Source of the DNA: Blastocatellia bacterium
GTDB lineage: Bacteria; Acidobacteriota; Blastocatellia; UBA7656
Assembly: GCA_963765495.1 (NCBI GenBank)
Contig: CAVXWP010000002.1
Location: 96,001 to 160,000, forward strand
DNA length: 64,000 nucleotides
Direction: 5' to 3'
Below, piece by piece: positions 56,881 to 64,000 of the stretch. The notes under the pieces are model-generated. The model searched no databases. It was not told the origin of the DNA and was given only the letters and a program-made list of their open reading frames with translations. Positions within the stretch are counted from its first letter, which is position 1. Every line of letters begins with the position of its first letter. A program made the position numbers and the translations under genes.

Positions 56881-57555
56881 ATGGCAAGACTGATAGTATC
56901 GAATTTCTTATCGCTTCTCTTCCTTTTTTCGATGCCCCTTCAGACCCCTGTTCCCGTAGCGAAAGAGCCGCGACATCGGGTTGTATTCCAGAACGAGTTT
57001 GTTCGAGTCATTGATGCGTCGGTCCCCGTGGGCGATGCAACGCTCTTTCATATCCACTCGAATGATAACGTCCCGGTAGCAATCAGTGGGGGCGATATCA
57101 AGACCGAGACCGTAGGGAAAGACCCGATTTTTTCCAAAGTCGAAACCGGCGCGGTCAGCTTCGCAAAGGCCGCCTACACCCATCGAATTTCAAATGTAGG
57201 GACCACACCGTTAAGGTTCATAGATGCCGAAATACTCGCCTCACCCGGCAAGCAAACAAGCAAAGCTCCTATGGCAGGAGTCGGCAAAGACGCACCCCTC
57301 ATAGACAATGAGCGCGTCCGGGTTTACCGTCTAATCCTTGAACCCGGTCAATCTGCGAATGTCAATACGCACAAGCAATGCTGGCTGAGTGTAATAGTGA
57401 GAGGCGGCCAGATGGCGAGCGCCCCTCACGGAAAGGCCACAACGGTTGAGGACGTAAGGCCGGGGGATTTCAGATGGCACACAGGCGAGGTGTCTCAATC
57501 GCTGACAAACGCGGGTCCCACTCCGCTTGAGATCGTAAACATTGAATTGAAGTAA
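56881..57555 (+). CDS. Exported bicupin-like protein
   Basis: Signal peptide; EPRHRVVFQNEFVRV...FHIH; second repeat DNERVRVYRL. Confidence 0.75.
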   Translation: MARLIVSNFLSLLFLFSMPLQTPVPVAKEPRHRVVFQNEFVRVIDASVPVGDATLFHIHSNDNVPVAISGGDIKTETVGKDPIFSKVETGAVSFAKAAYTHRISNVGTTPLRFIDAEILASPGKQTSKAPMAGVGKDAPLIDNERVRVYRLILEPGQSANVNTHKQCWLSVIVRGGQMASAPHGKATTVEDVRPGDFRWHTGEVSQSLTNAGPTPLEIVNIELK

Positions 57556-57588
57556 GAAGATTCAGCCATTCGGTCAGGAGATCAAGAG

Positions 57589-58074
57589 ATGTCAAATTCG
57601 ATAAATGATAAAGCCTATCTTCCCGACATAGCCCGGATACTCGGAGAGGCTCTGCAAGGTATTGAGCCCTCGCTCCAACCGTTGCTTCTCGCGGCGCTTG
57701 AACGCCTGGCTGCCCGGCGGTATCGAGCCTGGGCAGGCGATCACGATAACCCGGAGGTGGAAGCGGGATTATTGGCCTGCGCTGATCGTGAAGAGGAGAT
57801 AGCAAGGCGTATAGAATCGCTTTTCCCCGATGCCTCCGCCATTCAGGAAAGACTATTTGCGGAGAACCCGGAAATGCTGAACTTGAATCGCACGCTGTTT
57901 GAGGGACGACCGCTCAGGGATCAGTTCACCATCCAGGCCCGGGGCGAGCAGGCGGGCGCAAGGGCCTGGACAGCCATCGCTCTTGCGACATCCGACCCGT
58001 CGGCGAAAGAATTGATTCAAAGCTGTAGCCCTCTGGAGGAAGCAAACGCCGAATTCCTTCACTCGCTTTTATAA
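57589..58074 (+). CDS. Ferritin-like helical hypothetical protein
   Basis: ALERLAA...REEEIA...RGEQAGA...LEEANA spaced Glu motifs. Confidence 0.65.
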   Translation: MSNSINDKAYLPDIARILGEALQGIEPSLQPLLLAALERLAARRYRAWAGDHDNPEVEAGLLACADREEEIARRIESLFPDASAIQERLFAENPEMLNLNRTLFEGRPLRDQFTIQARGEQAGARAWTAIALATSDPSAKELIQSCSPLEEANAEFLHSLL

Positions 58075-58127
58075 GCCACGCAACCCCACTTGCTCGATGA
58101 GCGCTTCACTAAATCAGGAGAGAGACG

Positions 58128-58400
58128 ATGCTCTATATGGTAGTCGAGCGGTTTAATGAAGGCCGGGCACATGATGTCTATCGTCGCGCCCGAGAAAAGG
58201 GCCGGATGATGCCCGAGGGTTTGCAATACGTTGCAAGCTGGGTGGACCTTGAGTTTAAGACCTGCTATCAACTGATGAAGACGGATGACGCATCTCTGTT
58301 CGATGTATGGACAGCCGCGTGGCAGGACCTGGTCGAATTTGATATCGCGCCCGTGCTTACATCCGAAGAGGCCGCAAGGGCTATCGCTCCTGAGTTGTAG
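58128..58400 (+). CDS. DUF3303-like small protein
   Basis: MLYMVVERF...GRMMPEGLQYVASWV...CYQLM...WQDLVEF. Confidence 0.8.
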   Translation: MLYMVVERFNEGRAHDVYRRAREKGRMMPEGLQYVASWVDLEFKTCYQLMKTDDASLFDVWTAAWQDLVEFDIAPVLTSEEAARAIAPEL

Positions 58401-58482
58401 GCTCTCGGATAGTATGCATTGGGGCAAGCGGATTACCAAAATTGAGAGGGCATAGGAGCGGTCTGCAAGGTCTTGAACTGTT

Positions 58483-59265
58483 ATGAGCCTGAGAACAGTA
58501 GTTGCGACAAGATACGTTACTCCGTTGCGCGAAGGCGGATCGCTTCCGGCAATAATCGAAGCCGATGACGACGGTATGTATGTGCTGAAATTTCACGGCG
58601 CGGGGCAGGGGCCAAAAGCGCTTATCGCCGAACTCGTGGCCGGCGAGATCGCCCGCCGGTCAGGGCTGCCGGTCCCCGAAATTGTCTTTGTTCAACTCGA
58701 TCCCGAACTTGCCCGCACCGAACCCGACCCTGAGATTCAACACCTGATAAGGGCGAGCGCCGGTCTAAATCTCGCGCTCGACTATCTGCCCGGCTCGGTT
58801 GCCTTTGACCCGGTAGCGCAAAAGCCCGACGCGGACCTCGCCTCTCAGATCGTCTGGTTCGATGCTTTTGTTACAAACGTAGATCGTACGCCACGCAATA
58901 CGAATATGCTTGTCTGGCATCGCAACCTCTGGCTTATTGACCACGGCGCGGCCCTCTATTTTCACCACACCTGGAAAGACTATCTTGAACGCAGCCGCGA
59001 CCCTTTCGCGATAATAAAAGACCATGTCCTGCTCCAGTCCGCCCTCGCACTCCACGAGGCAGACTTAAAGATGAGCGAGGCCGTTACACCCGATGTCATC
59101 AAAGAAGCAGTCGACCTTATCCCAGATCCCTGGCTGGCCGGGAAGACTCTGTTTGGCGGAAACGCTCAACACAGGGATGCTTATATAGAGTACCTGCTGA
59201 AACGACTCGAACCGCCGCATGCTTTTGTTGAGGAGGCGATCCGTGCGCGATCACAACACTTATGA
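58483..59265 (+). CDS. HipA-like kinase
   Basis: PLREGGSLP, YVLKF, NVDRT..NTNML, LIDHG. Confidence 0.85.
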   Translation: MSLRTVVATRYVTPLREGGSLPAIIEADDDGMYVLKFHGAGQGPKALIAELVAGEIARRSGLPVPEIVFVQLDPELARTEPDPEIQHLIRASAGLNLALDYLPGSVAFDPVAQKPDADLASQIVWFDAFVTNVDRTPRNTNMLVWHRNLWLIDHGAALYFHHTWKDYLERSRDPFAIIKDHVLLQSALALHEADLKMSEAVTPDVIKEAVDLIPDPWLAGKTLFGGNAQHRDAYIEYLLKRLEPPHAFVEEAIRARSQHL

Positions 59266-59689
59266 TTACGCCATAATACGCATCGTTCCAAAGGTCGAGC
59301 GCGAAGAGTTCGTCAACGTCGGCGTGATAGTCTCGTGCCCGGGCCGGAGGTTCCTCGAAGCCCGTATCGAACTGGATGAAGCCCGTCTCCTGGCCCTTGA
59401 CCCGACAGTAGATATTGAAGCAATTCGGACAAATCTTGCGGCCATCCCGGTCATCTGTATCGGCGGAGAAGAGGCCGGACCTATTGGCCGACTTTCACAG
59501 CGGGAGCGTTTTCACTGGCTCATCGCCCCCCGGAGCGCCATAATCCAGACCTCGCCCGTACACACAGGCTATTGCACGGACCCGTCTGATGTCTTAGAAC
59601 ATCTGCTCGATACGATGGTTCGCAAACCCCGCGCGGAAAGAGATTCAAGTGAAAGCCGGTCGATGGAACCACCCAAAGCCGGGGAATGA
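59243..59689 (+). CDS. DUF3037 domain protein
   Basis: YDYAIIRIVPKVEREEFVNVGVI...RFHWLIAPRSAIIQTSPVHTG; overlaps the kinase stop. Confidence 0.85.
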   Translation: MRDHNTYDYAIIRIVPKVEREEFVNVGVIVSCPGRRFLEARIELDEARLLALDPTVDIEAIRTNLAAIPVICIGGEEAGPIGRLSQRERFHWLIAPRSAIIQTSPVHTGYCTDPSDVLEHLLDTMVRKPRAERDSSESRSMEPPKAGE

Positions 59690-59739
59690 ATTCAGCGCGG
59701 CCAATAGTATAGACTGCAAAAAGAAAGGAAAAGATAAAG

Positions 59740-60624
59740 TTGCGATATTTATTACTGATTGCTTTTTTACTGGCACTTCCGGCGTGCCGCGATTCAACAC
59801 CACTCACAGAAGAGGCTCCGGTCAAACAACCCGAAGCCGCTGCCGGTACCGAATCCTCCGATGCTCAACCGAAGGGATTTTACGACCTGTTTGTAAAACA
59901 GGATTCTTTGTCCTATGAAGGATATGAAATCAGTAAACTCAATAAGCGCATAATAGATAAGGAGATTGAAGAAGAGCCTGTCGCAGTCTCTTATCTTGTG
60001 ATAAAGCGCGACGGAAAAGTAGTCGATAAAATTGAAGGACCGCATTATGGTCTGGATTATTCGACCGATTTCGGGTTGTTCTCTTTTCTTGGAGGCGATG
60101 AAAAACAACTGGCCGTTTCACAGACGATTCCGCGAGCCGGCCGACACGCAATCATTCAATTTTCCCCTGATTACCGGGTGATCTTTGATAGCTACGATTA
60201 CGAAGTAGGCCGGGAAGAGGTCTATGTCAAGGATATTGACGGCGACGGAGTCTATGAAATCTCTCTGGCGGTTGTGTCCTTTTACGAAGTCTTCCCTGGT
60301 CTGCCAGTGGCAGGAACCCCGCTTCCAATGGTCACATTCAAATACGATCCGCAGGAAGGCAAATACCTCCCGGCGAATCATCTGTTCCAGGCCCACGAAT
60401 TGAAAGAGATTGACCGCAGCCAAATAAACCCGAATACCATTCCACTGGCAGGCATGCTCGATCTTGTTCTCGATTACATCTATGCCGGGCGAGAGGATGA
60501 GGCGTGGGCGTTTTTTGACAGAGAGTACAAATCACCCGATAAGGCCGAGGTCAAGGCAAAGGTCGAGGCTGTGTTGAAGAAATCTCCGGCGTATAAGTAC
60601 ATCCGCGATCACAGCAAATCCTGA
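59740..60624 (+). CDS. Lipoprotein
   Basis: Lipobox LPAC; DIDGDGVYE Ca-binding-like motif. Confidence 0.75.
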   Translation: MRYLLLIAFLLALPACRDSTPLTEEAPVKQPEAAAGTESSDAQPKGFYDLFVKQDSLSYEGYEISKLNKRIIDKEIEEEPVAVSYLVIKRDGKVVDKIEGPHYGLDYSTDFGLFSFLGGDEKQLAVSQTIPRAGRHAIIQFSPDYRVIFDSYDYEVGREEVYVKDIDGDGVYEISLAVVSFYEVFPGLPVAGTPLPMVTFKYDPQEGKYLPANHLFQAHELKEIDRSQINPNTIPLAGMLDLVLDYIYAGREDEAWAFFDREYKSPDKAEVKAKVEAVLKKSPAYKYIRDHSKS

Positions 60625-60669
60625 CAGACGCCAGAGAGCTAATCCGTTCGCTCCATCTGTGTACATCAC

Positions 60670-61668
60670 TCATTTTCGGTCTGCCAGCGCGGCCCGCGCC
60701 TCAGCCATCTGTATGGCTGCTTCGAGCGACGTATAAGCAAAGACGGGCGCGTAGGCCTGCTTCTGAGGTTTCTGGCCTACGACAGCGCTTGCACTCCAGT
60801 GATACTCTTTCCCCGAAAGACTCAACCTGAATTCGATTTCGCCGCGCTCAATATCAAAAGGTTTTATGCGATAGACGATGGGCATCCAGGATGAGGTTTC
60901 TATAGTCTTCAGCCTCGCATCTTTTGACAGGTTTGCTTCCGCCCAGATCACAAAGCAATTGATGTTTGAAACATCATCCAGTTTCCAACTTGCGGTCATA
61001 TCGGTCAGAGCGGGGAGAGATTTCGCGCTGGCAAGATCAACACTTATCAACTCGACGGGATCGGAAAGAATCTTCAATCTCCTTTTATCCTCAAGGCGCA
61101 CAGGGATATTTAAAGCAAGCGCCGCCAGATAGCGTGATTCCACGGGAAGCCCCGAAGGCATTCGATTGCGCGGACCCTTGAGGTGCGCGGCCGATGTGAC
61201 TACAGAGATGGTTCCCGGTATCAAGACCCCTCCTCGTTTCAGGAATCGTTTCCTCGCATCAAGCATGATCGGGATGAGGTCTTCATCAAACCCTTCGTTG
61301 CCGATTGTCTCGCTGACGATGATATCGTATTTGCCTTCAAGATTGATCTCACGCGAATCCCCTTCGACGATTTCAATCCGATCAGCCACCCGATTTTCGC
61401 GCGCGAGGTTCTGGATGATGGGGATAAGCAATCTGTCTTTTTCGATTGCAGTTACGCGCTTCGCGCCAAGCTTTGCAGCGATGATGCTCCATATCCCCGT
61501 CCCTGTGCCGATGTCGAGTACACTTGTGTCGCTGGTGACATAGGCTTTGAGCGCGGCATAAAAGGCCCGATTTCTGGCCTCATCGCACAGCAACCCTTCG
61601 TGATACCTCAGCATGTTCTGCATATGGTTGAAGCGGCCTGTAATCTCTCTGTCATCCCTTTTCGTCAT
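60670..61668 (-). CDS. PRMT-like class I SAM-dependent methyltransferase
   Basis: YHEGLLCDEARN, VLDIGTGTG, DIIVSETIGNEGFDE (double-E loop-like), FLKRGGVLIP, beta-rich C-terminus. Confidence 0.82.
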   Translation of the reverse strand: MTKRDDREITGRFNHMQNMLRYHEGLLCDEARNRAFYAALKAYVTSDTSVLDIGTGTGIWSIIAAKLGAKRVTAIEKDRLLIPIIQNLARENRVADRIEIVEGDSREINLEGKYDIIVSETIGNEGFDEDLIPIMLDARKRFLKRGGVLIPGTISVVTSAAHLKGPRNRMPSGLPVESRYLAALALNIPVRLEDKRRLKILSDPVELISVDLASAKSLPALTDMTASWKLDDVSNINCFVIWAEANLSKDARLKTIETSSWMPIVYRIKPFDIERGEIEFRLSLSGKEYHWSASAVVGQKPQKQAYAPVFAYTSLEAAIQMAEARAALADRK

Positions 61669-61835
61669 CGGTTTCCTCGTTTATTAAGCAAGTGATAATG
61701 TTTAGCTGCGTTTATCGTCGCGTGGTGACGGGCACGCATTATACCGGCAGGCTGCCGATATAGACAAACTTTCATTCAGGCGCAGCGTTGAATAGAATCG
61801 GTTAGCCGAAAACGTTTGAGAGATTATTTCGTCTT

Positions 61836-62804
61836 ATGATTGCCACAGACACATTGCGCGTACTCATATTCCTCGGCGTCATCGCCATGATTTATGTAAT
61901 GGCCGCCGGGATTCTCTTCAGGATGCTGCTCCATAAATACAATCAGATGTCTATGCCGTCAAGTCCCGGGCATAAATGGTTTCGGCGAGCGATTCTAAGC
62001 CTGGCTCTTGGCGGATTTTTCTGTCTTGGTTATGGTTATTTTATTGAGCCTTACTGGCCGGAGGTAACTCATGTGCAGATCAAATCTCAGAAACTCTCTC
62101 CTTCCTCGCAGAGAGTCCGAATAGCCCACATATCGGATTTGCATAGTGATCCGAAGGTACGACTCGAAGAGCGACTACCGGCCATTATTGCCGACGAAAA
62201 GCCCGACCTGATTGTCTTTACAGGCGACACGATAAACTCTCCCGGCGGGCTGGGCACATTTAAGAATTGCCTCACGAAGCTCTCAGGCATCGCTCCGACA
62301 TTTGTGGTAAAGGGCAACTGGGATTCGGGGTTCTGGCGAAGGCTTGATCTGTTCGGGGATACCGGCGCGCAGGAACTGAATGGAACGGCGACGCCTGTGA
62401 CAGTGGGAAATACTACTTTGCGGATCGCGGGAGTTGCGTTCGGGTCCGAGGAAAGAATGACGGAGGCCCTGAGTGAGGCTCCCGATGATGCGTTCACGGT
62501 TTTTCTTTATCACTCGCCGGACCTGATCACGGAAGTGGCCAGAGAGGGGGTTGATCTTTATCTGGCCGGGCATACACACGGCGGGCAGATAGCACTGCCT
62601 TTTTATGGCGCGCTCATAACGCTTTCGAAATTTGACAAGCAGTATGAAGCGGGGCTTTATCGAGTCGGCGAAACCTGGCTCTATGTGAATCGGGGCATTG
62701 GAATGGAGGGCGGCAATGCCCCGCGTGTGAGATTCTGCGCTCGCCCGGAAATAACCGTTTATGACATCATCCCTGATTCCGCATCCTTCGATGGTCAGGA
62801 ATGA
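61836..62804 (+). CDS. Membrane-anchored metallophosphoesterase (YkuE-like)
   Basis: SDLH, TGD, GNWD, GHTHGGQ, VNRGIG. Confidence 0.9.
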   Translation: MIATDTLRVLIFLGVIAMIYVMAAGILFRMLLHKYNQMSMPSSPGHKWFRRAILSLALGGFFCLGYGYFIEPYWPEVTHVQIKSQKLSPSSQRVRIAHISDLHSDPKVRLEERLPAIIADEKPDLIVFTGDTINSPGGLGTFKNCLTKLSGIAPTFVVKGNWDSGFWRRLDLFGDTGAQELNGTATPVTVGNTTLRIAGVAFGSEERMTEALSEAPDDAFTVFLYHSPDLITEVAREGVDLYLAGHTHGGQIALPFYGALITLSKFDKQYEAGLYRVGETWLYVNRGIGMEGGNAPRVRFCARPEITVYDIIPDSASFDGQE

Positions 62805-62856
62805 TCGAGGCTAAATCACGCATCACGTGAACGCATCATCACAGGTCTATTTGATT

Positions 62857-63258
62857 ATGACTAAGCGGCAAAGCAATAAGGAAAATCCGGTTACTCTTCA
62901 AACGGTGCGAGAGATGGCGCTTGCGTTTCCCGGTGTGGAAGAGGCTACGTCAGGCGGCAAACCCGTATTTCGCGTCAGGGGAAAGCTGATGGCTCGAATG
63001 CGCAAGGATGGCGACTCGCTTCTTATCAAAATAGATCTCTTCAAACGCGAAATCCTGATAAATGCGGAGCCACAGACTTTCTACATAACGGATTTTTATA
63101 GTTGTCATCCGATAGTCTATGTTCGGCTCGCGTCGGTTCAAAGCGACACATTGCGAGACCTCATCGAGCAGGCGTGGCGGATTACGGCTCCCAAGCGGCT
63201 CGTGGAGGCATATGATGCCGAGAGGCTGACGACCGATACGCCTGATCTGAATGGATGA
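62857..63258 (+). CDS. MmcQ/YjbR family protein
   Basis: ALAFPGVEE...FRVRGK...AWRITAPKRL. Confidence 0.85.
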   Translation: MTKRQSNKENPVTLQTVREMALAFPGVEEATSGGKPVFRVRGKLMARMRKDGDSLLIKIDLFKREILINAEPQTFYITDFYSCHPIVYVRLASVQSDTLRDLIEQAWRITAPKRLVEAYDAERLTTDTPDLNG

Positions 63259-63299
63259 TGAAAGGGTGGGAACGGCCTCCGCTTCGGTTGTCGGAAATT

Positions 63300-64000
63300 C
63301 TATTCGACGGGCTCCTGTTGTGTAAGACAATGCAGGGTGCCCAGCCCCCAGACAAGATCGACCGCGTGTATGCCTACGACCTGTCGATCCGCAAACAGAT
63401 CGCTCAATGTGGCGAGCGCGATACGGTCGTTCGGGTCGTTGAAGGTAGGCACTAATACAATATTATTTGCTATATAAAAATTGGCGTAGCTTGCCGGGAG
63501 TCGCTGGCCCGCGAAATAAAGCGGGGCAGGCATGGGAAGGCGGACCACTTCGATTTTAGAACCATCTTCCAGTCGAAACCCTTCCAGCCGCTCTCGGTTC
63601 TCTTCCAGTATGGCGTAGTTCTCATCCTCTGGATTTGATTCGCGGCACAGGACCACTGTCGAAGGGTTTACGAAGCGACACAGATCATCAATGTGCCCGT
63701 GCGTGTCGTCACCTGCGATGCCTTTAGCCAGCCACAACACGTTAGAGGCCCCGAGATAATCGCGCATTATGGCCTCGGTCTCTTCCCGCCCCATGTCGGG
63801 ATTTCTAACCTGCACCTCGCGGTCCAGCAGGCATTCTTCCGTAGTCAGCAAGCTGCCGCGCCCGTTTACATCGATGCTTCCGCCTTCAAGAACTACTCTT
63901 TTGCCGTTGAATGTGACTGGGAAAATGGGGCGGTTCATCGCCTCCGCCACACGCTCCGGTACTTGAGAGTCAAGTTCCCAGTCGGGATACTTCGCCCATG
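63300..64000 (-). CDS. Agmatine deiminase / peptidylarginine deiminase family (5' end outside the window)
   Basis: LEGGSI, DDTHGHIDD, ASYANF, GLGTLHCLTQQ. Confidence 0.9.
   Translation of the reverse strand, partial: WAKYPDWELDSQVPERVAEAMNRPIFPVTFNGKRVVLEGGSIDVNGRGSLLTTEECLLDREVQVRNPDMGREETEAIMRDYLGASNVLWLAKGIAGDDTHGHIDDLCRFVNPSTVVLCRESNPEDENYAILEENRERLEGFRLEDGSKIEVVRLPMPAPLYFAGQRLPASYANFYIANNIVLVPTFNDPNDRIALATLSDLFADRQVVGIHAVDLVWGLGTLHCLTQQEPVE

Noticed and set aside
37158-64000. Functional link between DDAH, PRMT-like and agmatine deiminase genes as a methylarginine pathway
   Set aside because: DDAH is more than 20 kb from the others with unrelated genes between; no operon evidence

Overview
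Bacterial chromosomal window. The protein styles (ECF sigma plus CHAT module, zinc-ribbon membrane proteins) tentatively suggest Acidobacteriota/Blastocatellia; this is inference only. Bases 1 to ~12,030 are the right arm of a prophage-like element integrated at the 3' end of an initiator tRNA-Met (12032-12108, minus). Its leftward operon holds a terminase large subunit missed by the ORF track (hand-translated, Walker A/B present), a probable small terminase and a catalytic-domain-only tyrosine recombinase. Its rightward operon starts behind a ~200-nt self-complementary element and encodes SWIM, GIY-YIG and ArdC-like proteins plus small ORFs sharing a hairpin+RBS leader. It continues with an excisionase-like gene, cargo (a signal-peptide+RRM protein, a MITE, a deleted IS3) and the integrase. 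An IS transposase follows the tRNA. The remainder is host sequence: glycoside hydrolases, alkylation-repair genes (ada, AlkZ-like, AlkA-like), mscL, oxidoreductases, an ECF sigma / anti-sigma-TM-TPR-CHAT protease / unknown-protein module, a form I aerobic CO dehydrogenase cluster with unusual accessory genes, a HipA-like kinase/DUF3037 pair, a PRMT-like methyltransferase and a partial agmatine deiminase. The best candidates for undescribed biology are the ECF-CHAT-partner module, the phage/leading-region hybrid element, the exported RRM protein and the candidate Cu/S maturation factors in the cox cluster. All family assignments are from motif recognition, not database searches.
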